From contig CANEDP010000001.1 in assembly GCA_947426305.1 (NCBI GenBank), forward strand, positions 66,868-130,867: a DNA stretch of 64,000 bases, in the 5' to 3' direction. This DNA is from an uncultured Clostridia bacterium. GTDB taxonomy: Bacteria > Bacillota > Clostridia > TANB77 > CAG-508. Position numbers and translations under genes: made by a program. Of the stretch, positions 20,800 through 28,293 are shown one piece after another. The first letter of the stretch is position 1, and each line of letters opens with the position of its first letter. Under the pieces are notes generated by a model. The model was not told the DNA's origin. It ran no database searches and saw nothing but the letters and a program-made list of their open reading frames with translations.

Positions 20800-21359
20800 T
20801 CTTTATCACCTTCCTTGCTTTCGTAAGCCTTTTGTATTGTTTCTGCAAGCGATTGAGTTGTGATGTTGTCATTCTGTTTGTTGTTTATAATATCATTCAA
20901 ATCTTTCAGTGCTGATGTGAGTTCTTTTAAACCTTTTTTATCTATAATATCTATATATGATTTTATTTCTTCTTGTTCATCTATTATTTCTTTTTTAGGC
21001 TTATTGCAATTGTAATCATATTCTACTATTTTGGTTTTCTTTTTATTTCTCGTTAAGTGCATATTAAGTTCATCATTAGCTTGTACTATTTTTTGCAGTA
21101 AATCATTTGCAACATCTTTTACTTGTACTATTTTTTTTGCTTCTTTTTCAGATTCTTTTTCTGTAACTTTTTCAATTGTTTTTAGTGTCTTATTGATGTC
21201 TTTTTGATGTTTTTTTGTATTCCAATCTTTTGTTTGTGTGTTTGATGTTTTATTTCTTGATATTCCTTTATCTTTTAAAAAACTATTTACCGATTTATAA
21301 TCACCTAGTATGTATTCTTTTTCTAGCTGCTTCCAATCATATTTTGCCACCTCTTTCAC
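20793..21359 (-). CDS. Putative terminase small subunit
   Basis: 188 aa immediately upstream of and overlapping the large subunit. N-terminal HTH-like region. Confidence 0.5.
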   Translation of the reverse strand: MKEVAKYDWKQLEKEYILGDYKSVNSFLKDKGISRNKTSNTQTKDWNTKKHQKDINKTLKTIEKVTEKESEKEAKKIVQVKDVANDLLQKIVQANDELNMHLTRNKKKTKIVEYDYNCNKPKKEIIDEQEEIKSYIDIIDKKGLKELTSALKDLNDIINNKQNDNITTQSLAETIQKAYESKEGDKEC

Positions 21360-21380
21360 CTACTTTTGTTTGATTCGTAT

Positions 21381-21542
21381 TTATTTCTCATCTATATTAT
21401 CTACTAATCTTCTAACGCATTCAGCTATATTTACGGCAATAGTGTATAAAATACAAGCAATTAATACTGCACTAATAAAAGCACAAATAATTATTGCTGG
21501 ACTCAAAAGAATCGCTATTGATACTAAAATAAAATTAATCAT
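21381..21542 (-). CDS. Small membrane protein (53 aa)
   Basis: MINFILVSIAILLSPAIIICAFISAVLIACILYTIAVNIAE... Below the ORF-track length cut-off. Confidence 0.35.
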   Translation of the reverse strand: MINFILVSIAILLSPAIIICAFISAVLIACILYTIAVNIAECVRRLVDNIDEK

Positions 21543-21564
21543 CTCTATTCTCACTTTCATATTT

Positions 21565-21729
21565 TTAATCTTTATTCTTCAAAAACTTAACAGAACATTC
21601 TCTTAATATTCTGTTCTTTGTGCATCTGTCTTTATAAAACTTACAGTCTTTACACATCATCTTAATCATAATTTCATCTTCTTTACTGTAAGCCTCGTAC
21701 TTGTTTTCTCTTTTCTCTTTGTCGTTCAT
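21565..21729 (-). CDS. Small Cys-rich protein (54 aa)
   Basis: GGAGTG RBS. MNDKEKRENKYEAYSKEDEIMIKMMCKDCKFYKDRCTKNRILRECS... with a CxxC...C...C pattern. Confidence 0.35.
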   Translation of the reverse strand: MNDKEKRENKYEAYSKEDEIMIKMMCKDCKFYKDRCTKNRILRECSVKFLKNKD

Positions 21730-21842
21730 TTGTAATCACTCCTAAATAAAAAGAGTCTATCTGCTTTAGATAAACTCTACTTTTCACTATCTTTTTGTCA
21801 ATTTTTGTCGAATTTTATACTTTTTTTGTCGTACGAAATATA

Positions 21843-21871
21843 TTGATTGTCATTCGTTCTTACAGTATAAT
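21843..21871 (+). promoter_or_regulatory. Sigma-A type promoter TTGATT-N17-TATAAT
   Basis: Read directly from the sequence. Lies upstream of the 22-aa peptide gene. Confidence 0.5.
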
Positions 21872-21923
21872 TTATTTGTCTTCTACATATTCTTCCTTTT
21901 TTACTCTTAGAAAGGAGGTTTTT

Positions 21924-21992
21924 ATGAAAAGTTTTTCGCGCATTATCGCTTTAATCATGATTTACTTAATTCTTAAGTTATTTAATGATTAA
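21924..21992 (+). CDS. 22-aa hydrophobic peptide (MKSFSRIIALIMIYLILKLFND), candidate type I toxin or moron peptide
   Basis: AGGAGG RBS 5 nt upstream. Has its own promoter and terminator and is antisense to the phage late-operon leader. Confidence 0.45.
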   Translation: MKSFSRIIALIMIYLILKLFND

Positions 21993-22000
21993 TAGCAAAA

Positions 22001-22030
22001 AGACTAGAGTTCGCCCTCTAGTCTTTTTTT
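22001..22030. terminator. Bidirectional rho-independent terminator
   Basis: Stem AGACTAGA/TCTAGTCT with an 8-nt loop. A-run on one side and T-run on the other, so it is followed by T residues on both strands. Confidence 0.7.
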
Positions 22031-22128
22031 GTCCTCTTCAGTTTTAAACGCATTATCTATACAAGAATAGTATAAGGAGTAATAAGAAAGAATAATGAAT
22101 ATATTTATTCTCTTACTACTTTAAATAT

Positions 22129-22184
22129 ATTATACTAGAGTTGTTTATAAAAGTCAACATTTTCACGTCGACATTTTTCGACAT
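22129..22184 (-). promoter_or_regulatory. Late-operon promoter: tandem ATGTCGA repeats-N10-TTGACT-N17-TATAAT
   Basis: On the minus strand, -35 is at 22157-22152 and -10 at 22134-22129. The 18-mer 22167-22184 is identical to 3076-3093 with the same 10-nt spacing to the -35. Confidence 0.55.
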
Positions 22185-22445
22185 TCTCCTAGTATCTACT
22201 TATATTATACCACATTATGTTCCTTTTGTCAAATTTTCTTGCAAAAATTTATATTGCAGTCTTGGGATTGCTTATTTCTAAGCGACTGCATCGTTGTAAG
22301 AAAAACAAAACACCTTTCTTTTTTTATTTCGTATTTAAATAACTATATGATGTCTTGCTTTCTTTCGCTATTATAATTATAGCACAATGGTTTTTGACAA
22401 AACAAGTGAAAAAACGGGTAATTTTTGGGTAAAAAATGGGTAATT

Positions 22446-22919
22446 TTACAATCTCAACATTTTACTTAGTGCTTTCTTGCATATTTTCTTTATTGCATCC
22501 ACACTTCTTGTTTGATGTTTTATTCTATAAAATACCTCATTTCCTATAACATCATATTCCATTTCGTCTATGTATCTCGATGTCAATACTGTTTTCTCCG
22601 TATAAGTCAAAGCACCTAATCGTATATTAACCTGATTTAAAACATAATCCAACTCTTTATTTTCCTCTTCTAATTGCCTTATTCTCTCTTCTATTTCAAT
22701 AATTCTTGTATCTTTTTTCACAACCGCATTTTCAACTTTGCTAGACACTTGATTACTTTTACTGCCTTCTTGATATGTCGGTGTTATATTTGTACTATAA
22801 TCAGTTTCTATCTTTTCAATGTCTCTATTTAACTTACTGATTTCATTTAAGTTTAAGTCTTTCTTGGCTGTTGTTTGTTTATGTGTTTTTAATAATTCAA
22901 TTAATTCATCTTTGCTCAT
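22446..22919 (-). CDS. Putative late transcription regulator (sigma-70 region-4-like / ArpU-RinA-like)
   Basis: 157 aa with a coiled-coil N-terminus and a C-terminal HTH-like TEKTVLTSRYIDEMEYDVIGNEV...KKICKKALSKM. It is the last gene before the late promoter. Confidence 0.4.
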   Translation of the reverse strand: MSKDELIELLKTHKQTTAKKDLNLNEISKLNRDIEKIETDYSTNITPTYQEGSKSNQVSSKVENAVVKKDTRIIEIEERIRQLEEENKELDYVLNQVNIRLGALTYTEKTVLTSRYIDEMEYDVIGNEVFYRIKHQTRSVDAIKKICKKALSKMLRL

Positions 22920-23119
22920 TCGTACCTCCTTGTATATTCTAAAATTACTCTCTCCACGTATCTCAACGCTTCATACTTCGTCATAAATCTTTCATATCTA
23001 TGTCTTCTATCATATCGTATTACTTTTATTCTTTGATTGTATTCTCTCATGTAATACGTTGATACTTGATATTTATTTAAACCACTTTTCCATAATTTTA
23101 TTATCTGTTCGTCTTTCAT
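22916..23119 (-). CDS. Hypothetical small basic protein
   Basis: 67-aa ORF overlapping the downstream gene by 4 nt. Confidence 0.4.
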   Translation of the reverse strand: MKDEQIIKLWKSGLNKYQVSTYYMREYNQRIKVIRYDRRHRYERFMTKYEALRYVERVILEYTRRYE

Positions 23120-23161
23120 GTTATTAGTATTTGCAATAATAAAGTTTGTATTTATTTAATA

Positions 23162-23190
23162 TTGACATTTTATGTTAATTATGTTATAAT
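23162..23190 (+). promoter_or_regulatory. Perfect consensus promoter TTGACA-N17-TATAAT
   Basis: Read directly from the sequence. Drives the 45-aa membrane peptide gene through a ~60-nt leader containing a GTAGTT/AACTAC hairpin. Confidence 0.6.
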
Positions 23191-23253
23191 TTTCTTATGA
23201 AACCTTATTAACAAAGTAGTTGATTAACTACACCTACTACGGAGGATAATTTT

Positions 23254-23391
23254 ATGATTATAGTTCTTCTTTTTGTTTTGTATATTGTTTCTGGTATCAT
23301 TTCAGAAGCATTAAAAGATTATGGTTACGGTGGATGGGCTATTGTAGTAGATGTAATTGCTTGCATAATCACACTTGCACTTATTTCATAG
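23254..23391 (+). CDS. 45-aa two-helix membrane peptide
   Basis: MIIVLLFVLYIVSGIISEALKDYGYGGWAIVVDVIACIITLALIS. GGAGGA RBS. On the opposite strand to all flanking phage genes. Confidence 0.5.
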   Translation: MIIVLLFVLYIVSGIISEALKDYGYGGWAIVVDVIACIITLALIS

Positions 23392-23412
23392 TAATAATCT
23401 TTTAAGTGAGAT

Positions 23413-23433
23413 GCACCCTTCGGGGTGCTTTTT
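23413..23433. terminator. GC-rich hairpin terminator between convergent genes
   Basis: GCACCC-ttcg-GGGTGC followed by a T-run. Confidence 0.75.
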
Positions 23434-23691
23434 CTATCCTTCTTTCTTTTTAAAATATTCTATTACTTGTTTTATACAATTACTATAATAATCATCTCTA
23501 TGTATCAATAAACTATTTTCAACATAATCTCTATCAAATATCCATTTTGCCATTTTATTTATTGTCTTGTCTTTTTTCTCCATTGCTTCTAATAATACTT
23601 TGTATGCTTCTTTATTTTTTCTACATTCTTCACAATCGCATTTATCTTTAAGTAAAAATTTTATTCTTTTTATTGCTTCTTCCTCTGTCAT
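23434..23691 (-). CDS. Hypothetical phage protein
   Basis: 85-aa ORF in the packed early-gene array. Confidence 0.45.
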   Translation of the reverse strand: MTEEEAIKRIKFLLKDKCDCEECRKNKEAYKVLLEAMEKKDKTINKMAKWIFDRDYVENSLLIHRDDYYSNCIKQVIEYFKKKEG

Positions 23692-23705
23692 GACTTGTCC
23701 TCCTT

Positions 23706-24122
23706 TTATGCTATTTCAAAATATTTTGTTACTATTCTTTTTATAGTCTCATAATAATGATGTTGACTTACATCTTGTATTACTTTTTGAGAAATATATC
23801 TTCGACCATCTTTATATCCATTCAATTCATAATGTATTGCTTCTTCTTTAAGTCTATTGATTGACTCATGATGTATTACATATATATCTCCTGTATCATT
23901 TACATTATATCTATAAAATATTCCTTTACTGTCATCTAGTAAATATTCTAAATCGCCAAAATGTGTTTCTCTTGTATCTTCGGTATCTCTTTTATATTTC
24001 TCTAGCTCTTCTACTAATTTCATTAATGCATATTTGTGATTACTTATATCTTCAATTTGTTTAACTATAAATGTATGATAACTATGTCTATATTGACTTA
24101 CTATTAAACAATATTTACTCAT
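23706..24122 (-). CDS. Hypothetical phage protein
   Basis: 138-aa ORF in the packed early-gene array. Confidence 0.45.
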   Translation of the reverse strand: MSKYCLIVSQYRHSYHTFIVKQIEDISNHKYALMKLVEELEKYKRDTEDTRETHFGDLEYLLDDSKGIFYRYNVNDTGDIYVIHHESINRLKEEAIHYELNGYKDGRRYISQKVIQDVSQHHYYETIKRIVTKYFEIA

Positions 24123-24280
24123 TGCTTGTCCTCCTTCATGTATTGGCGTACAATATCTCTTGCCTTTTCCATTGCTAATTGATACCCCTCTTGCATACCA
24201 TTTATTTTTTCTCTTTCCACTCTAAAATTATGCAACTGTATATCTTCACATTTTCTTAATTTATTTATAATTTCTTCCAT
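24119..24280 (-). CDS. Hypothetical phage protein
   Basis: Likely start is MEEIINKLRK at 24280. The TTG-extended form in the track overlaps the upstream gene. Confidence 0.4.
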   Translation of the reverse strand: MEEIINKLRKCEDIQLHNFRVEREKINGMQEGYQLAMEKARDIVRQYMKEDKQ

Positions 24281-24281
24281 T

Positions 24282-24498
24282 TTATTCACCCAACTTTCTT
24301 CCGACACATCGGACAATAATTTATCTTAGTAATCGCATAATGTGTTCTTAAAAAGTACATATTATTTGTTTTATATATAAACGACCTTTTATAATATATA
24401 CTTCCGTTAAATTCTCTTTGCGCTGGTAACTCTAAAAAATACACTGTTCCATCATATGCTTTTTTAGTCGTTGCATCTTCTTTGCAATATTTACACAT
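24282..24498 (-). CDS. Small zinc-ribbon protein with an in-frame CGG at 24303-24301
   Basis: MCKYCKED...YCPMC then tgt CGG a. The zero frame gives RKKVG*, the +1 frame gives GRKLGE*. CxxCG is the usual zinc-ribbon knuckle. Confidence 0.45.
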
Positions 24499-24519
24499 CT
24501 TCTTCCTCCTATATTTTTT

Positions 24520-25159
24520 CTACTTATTCGCTTCATAAAACGCTTTTGCAAATCCGCAATGGTGTCATACTTCTTAATACTGTTCTTTTAGTTAAACCTG
24601 TTTTTTCTAAATAACCTTCTGGTATTCGTTTTAAATCTGCATAATGTTCTACACAACTCACAAAATCTCTTGCACCACAACTATGTTCAAATTTTCGCGG
24701 TTCTACTATATGTTTTTTTGGTTCTTTAAATTCTCCCCATAATGCTGTCTTTTTCGTATATGGGTCACCAAACTCGTATGGTTCAAACACCATCCATGGC
24801 TTTCCTAAAAATCTTTTTAAATATCCAGTGTAAGGATTTTCTAACGCCCAAAATCTTAATCCCTCTCCAACCTTGTAATTATCATATAAGCAAGTATGTA
24901 TTATTCTTAAACAAGCATTTACAATTTCCATACCGCCCCTTAGGTCTCGTGGTGTTTTCGCCGTCTTGTCGTTTCTGGCAATTGAAAACATTGTACAAGG
25001 CGGTGCTGCTAAGATTCCATACACATTTTGTGGTGGCTCATAGGTAAGTACATCATGGTCTGGTAACGTTATTACTCTCACATCGTAACCATTTTCTTTA
25101 TAATACTTGCTCCAGGAACCTGTCCCACCGCATAAATCTAAAATTATCTTATTTTTCAT
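24520..25159 (-). CDS. Short C5-cytosine-methyltransferase-like protein with an in-frame CGG at 24556-24554
   Basis: Start MKNKIILDLCGGTG (motif I) after a GGAAGGAG RBS. AAPPCTMFS (motif IV PC) and WALENP (ENV) are present. After ttg CGG a, the +1 tail is GFAKAFYEANK*. Confidence 0.6.
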
Positions 25160-25194
25160 TTTTCTCCTTCCTCTCGACATCTGTGTCGTTACCA

Positions 25195-25416
25195 TCAATT
25201 ACACTCGCATTCATCAAGCAATCCATTCGCTTCAAGTATATCTTCATACATCTTACACTTATTTACATATACTTCTTTTTCTTCTGCTTGCTCTATTTGA
25301 TTTTGCTGTAGTTGTATTATTTGATATTCATATTCTTTAAACTGTTTTCCACTCTCAATTATAATAAAAATTACTATTGCTAAATAAAATATAAAATCCT
25401 TTGTTTCTTTTTTCAT
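25195..25416 (-). CDS. Small membrane protein
   Basis: 73-aa ORF with one TM helix. Confidence 0.4.
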   Translation of the reverse strand: MKKETKDFIFYLAIVIFIIIESGKQFKEYEYQIIQLQQNQIEQAEEKEVYVNKCKMYEDILEANGLLDECECN

Positions 25417-25417
25417 T

Positions 25418-25702
25418 TTACTTCTCTCCTTCTTTTAATATTTCTTCTATATCTTCTACTTTTACATATTTAACAATATACATTTCTGGTACATTGTCTG
25501 TAAATTTCACATCTCCCTCAAAAACCGCCTTGAATTTAGTAGTTATTAATTCCCTTAGTGCTGAATTTGGTGTGCTGTCTGCTAATTGTTTTTCTAATTC
25601 TCTAAACTTTGTTCTATATCTGCATATTTTACATATCTCCATTGATTCATTCTGCTTTTGTATGTATCCTTCCCAATATTCATCTGATTTTTCTTTACTC
25701 AT
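25418..25702 (-). CDS. Hypothetical phage protein
   Basis: 94-aa ORF in the packed array. Confidence 0.45.
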   Translation of the reverse strand: MSKEKSDEYWEGYIQKQNESMEICKICRYRTKFRELEKQLADSTPNSALRELITTKFKAVFEGDVKFTDNVPEMYIVKYVKVEDIEEILKEGEK

Positions 25703-25934
25703 TTAAAACACCTCTTTTCTGTTTTCTTTTTGATTTAGTAACTTCTAAATAATAATTTTGTTGATATATCTTTAATGCTTCTTTTCTTTCTTCTAGTGTC
25801 TTTGGTTTTCTTTTAACTTTTATATGCCTTACTTCCCATTGTCTTGGAACTTCGTATTTTAAACATTCATTCCAACTTTTAGGATTATCCAATGTAACTT
25901 TGTTTAAATCTACTAAATTTGTTTCTATTATCAC
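25695..25934 (-). CDS. Hypothetical phage protein
   Basis: 79-aa ORF in the packed array. Confidence 0.45.
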   Translation of the reverse strand: MIIETNLVDLNKVTLDNPKSWNECLKYEVPRQWEVRHIKVKRKPKTLEERKEALKIYQQNYYLEVTKSKRKQKRGVLNE

Positions 25935-25939
25935 AATTA

Positions 25940-26272
25940 TTACCCCACACTAATGACTATTGCTTTATAGTGTCTTACATTTTCTTCTATGTATTTTTCT
26001 ACTGCTTTGTCATAATCGTCATCTGACAAATCTTTAAATTCATCTTCATCTGCTAAATCACATCTAAAGTCATCTAATATCTCGTCAAAATCGTCATAAC
26101 TTCTATCATCTGTAAAATATACTATTGACACTTTACAATCTACACTTTCTTCAAATACTATACTACAATAATCTGTATTTATATTATCAGTATAAATATT
26201 AAATACTAACGGCAGTTCTGGGTTTTCAGCTATTAACTTTCTTAATTCTTCGTTATCTTTCATTCTAACCAC
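25940..26272 (-). CDS. Hypothetical acidic phage protein
   Basis: 110-aa ORF, Asp/Glu-rich. Confidence 0.45.
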   Translation of the reverse strand: MVRMKDNEELRKLIAENPELPLVFNIYTDNINTDYCSIVFEESVDCKVSIVYFTDDRSYDDFDEILDDFRCDLADEDEFKDLSDDDYDKAVEKYIEENVRHYKAIVISVG

Positions 26273-26505
26273 CCCAATTCCTTTACTTTTTCGTTTATTG
26301 CTTGTAGTTCTTGTATTTGCAATCCAAAACTTCTTCTATCTAGCACATCGCATCCATCATTTATTTCAGTAAATATCAATTTTGATTCAATCATAATTTC
26401 TATAACAAAATCTTCATCTTCAACACTTTTTGTATATGTAATCTTATATCCATAATCACTTTTCTTGTATCCTAATTCTTTAAACATCTCATCTGCTTTG
26501 CTCAT
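26260..26505 (-). CDS. Hypothetical phage protein
   Basis: 81-aa ORF. Confidence 0.45.
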   Translation of the reverse strand: MSKADEMFKELGYKKSDYGYKITYTKSVEDEDFVIEIMIESKLIFTEINDGCDVLDRRSFGLQIQELQAINEKVKELGWLE

Positions 26506-26507
26506 CT

Positions 26508-26852
26508 TTATTTTCCCTCCTCGATTTTATATTCTACTAATTCAAATTGTTCTTTCGTCACTATTGTTTTTATTTGATAATCCACAAAAGTTGCATTTCC
26601 TTTATAATACAAATATGTACTTCCATCTTTAAACCTTTCAATGTATTCTATTAAAAATCCATTCACATAGTCTCCTATTTCTATTGAATCTATTATGTTT
26701 TTACTGTGTTTGACTACTTGATGTTCCCATTCTCCAAAACAACTATCAAGATAATAGTAATTTTCTTTTGCATCTATGTCATACTCTATTTTCTTTACTT
26801 TTTTTATTCCTTGACTTCTAGTTCTCACATACTCCCCTACTTTTATTTCCAT
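26508..26852 (-). CDS. Hypothetical phage protein
   Basis: 114-aa ORF. Confidence 0.45.
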   Translation of the reverse strand: MEIKVGEYVRTRSQGIKKVKKIEYDIDAKENYYYLDSCFGEWEHQVVKHSKNIIDSIEIGDYVNGFLIEYIERFKDGSTYLYYKGNATFVDYQIKTIVTKEQFELVEYKIEEGK

Positions 26853-26993
26853 TCTTTATCCCTCTTTTCTAAATAAATTCTATAATTTTCATCAACTCTG
26901 TTTTCTGTGCTTTCTAGAGTTATTGTTGATATTAGTATTCCACTCGCTTGTCCGATTAAAATGCCGAATCAGTATACTTATTAAATCAATCAT
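26843..26993 (-). CDS. Small membrane protein visible only with a +1 shift at CGG 26966-26964
   Basis: ATG 26993 overlaps the upstream stop (ATGA). MIDLISILI, then att CGG c, then +1 gives GILIGQASGILISTITLESTENRVDENYRIYLEKRDKEWK*, which overlaps the next start. Confidence 0.45.
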
Positions 26994-27400
26994 TTTTCCT
27001 CCTTCTTCGCACATTTCAAATCTTTCAAAATACGCGGTACATATTTTCTATTAGTCTGATTATTTTTTAACGTATTCACATTCTCAATAAGCTGATTCAC
27101 GTCTCCACAAATTCCTTTTGTTATATACTTTGATGTAAATCCTTTTAAAGTATTTACTAATTCTAATTTATTTTTAATGATACGTCTATCTTTTCTAACT
27201 TTTTCTAATTTAGAATACACTCTGCTTCTCTCTATCGCATTTAACGACGCTAATTCTATTTCGTGTAGCAAATCAATTGTTTCTAGTTCTTTATCGTTTA
27301 GTTCCTTTTCTAAACGATTTCTTTCAACATCTATGTAACTAAAAAATTCTTTTGTTTCTTGTAAATATTCTTCAATTTCTTTTATATCGTCAATTTTCAT
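26990..27400 (-). CDS. Hypothetical coiled-coil phage protein
   Basis: 136-aa ORF. Confidence 0.45.
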   Translation of the reverse strand: MKIDDIKEIEEYLQETKEFFSYIDVERNRLEKELNDKELETIDLLHEIELASLNAIERSRVYSKLEKVRKDRRIIKNKLELVNTLKGFTSKYITKGICGDVNQLIENVNTLKNNQTNRKYVPRILKDLKCAKKEEK

Positions 27401-27585
27401 TCGTTTCCTACCTTTCTACATATTTTCTTTTCCTTGTCCCACGCCACGCAGTTTTCTTCATAACAATCGCAAAAATCTTGCTTTTCTATTAAAATATGAC
27501 TATCTCCTGCCAATTGCATATTTTCGTTATATAGATAGCCTCGTAGATTCTGTTGTACTATCATAAATCTTTCTGGACATTTCAT
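27397..27585 (-). CDS. Hypothetical Cys-rich small protein
   Basis: 62-aa ORF. Confidence 0.4.
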   Translation of the reverse strand: MKCPERFMIVQQNLRGYLYNENMQLAGDSHILIEKQDFCDCYEENCVAWDKEKKICRKVGNE

Positions 27586-27649
27586 TTGCTATTCTCCTTC
27601 GCCTACATTTCCATCTTCTTTTTCAAAACATTCCCTCTTTTCTTCCTTT

Positions 27650-27877
27650 CTAATAATATATAATCTCCACCAAACCTTGTTTCTCAACAATTTCTGTTTT
27701 AATTTGTTTCAACTCCTTATTCAACACTTTTACCACTTCTCTTATCTTCGCCCTCTTCGTCCTCTTATCATTCAAATAGCTATACTGTTTTACCAAATCA
27801 TTCATCTTACACCTACAATCATGCTCTAGTAATATCTGCAATATCTCTTTCTTATCCTTTTGTGTTATTAAAAACAT
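27650..27877 (-). CDS. Hypothetical phage protein
   Basis: 75-aa ORF. Confidence 0.4.
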   Translation of the reverse strand: MFLITQKDKKEILQILLEHDCRCKMNDLVKQYSYLNDKRTKRAKIREVVKVLNKELKQIKTEIVEKQGLVEIIYY

Positions 27878-28013
27878 TCATCTGTTCTCCTTTTATCCAA
27901 GCAACCTCTCTCCTATATGTCTCACACAACAACTTCAAACTATCAATGTCATACAACAGCCCTTCACAGCCTGTACATTTCTCATTGCTAAATACTTCAC
28001 AATTACCTTTCAT
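27852..28013 (-). CDS. Small Cys-rich protein (53 aa)
   Basis: MKGNCEVFSNEKCTGCEGLL... Overlaps both neighbours in the translational-coupling style. Below the track cut-off. Confidence 0.3.
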   Translation of the reverse strand: MKGNCEVFSNEKCTGCEGLLYDIDSLKLLCETYRREVAWIKGEQMNVFNNTKG

Positions 28014-28275
28014 AACTCATTCCCTCCAATGTTGGTATGTGTTCTATATTTTTACTAACAATGTCATTTAGATAGTATCTTTTATAATTTACTATCTCTC
28101 CGTAACGATTCTTCTTGCTTTCCCATTCAGTTTTAAATTCATATCCTTGTTCTTTTAGTTCTTTCACTCTAGTTGCAAATTGAGTAATTCCTAAATCGCT
28201 ATAAGCATCCCAACTTGTTATGCTTCCAAATTCTCGCATATACTCGATTATTCTTTCTCCTTGTGTCATTTTCAT
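28003..28275 (-). CDS. Winged-helix DNA-binding protein
   Basis: 90 aa. QGERIIEYMREFGSITSWDAYSDLGITQFATRVKELKEQGYEF is a typical HTH/wHTH pattern. Confidence 0.5.
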   Translation of the reverse strand: MKMTQGERIIEYMREFGSITSWDAYSDLGITQFATRVKELKEQGYEFKTEWESKKNRYGEIVNYKRYYLNDIVSKNIEHIPTLEGMSYER

Positions 28276-28293
28276 ATGTTTTTTTCTCCTTTC

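Noticed and set aside
22031-22128. Imperfect inverted repeat AGTAATAAGAAAGAATAA...TTATTCTCTTACTACT as a cos or pac site.
   Set aside because: It lies downstream of the late-promoter -10 and so would be in the late transcript leader. But it is imperfect, and I cannot identify terminase-binding repeats or cohesive-end features from sequence alone. Left unassigned.
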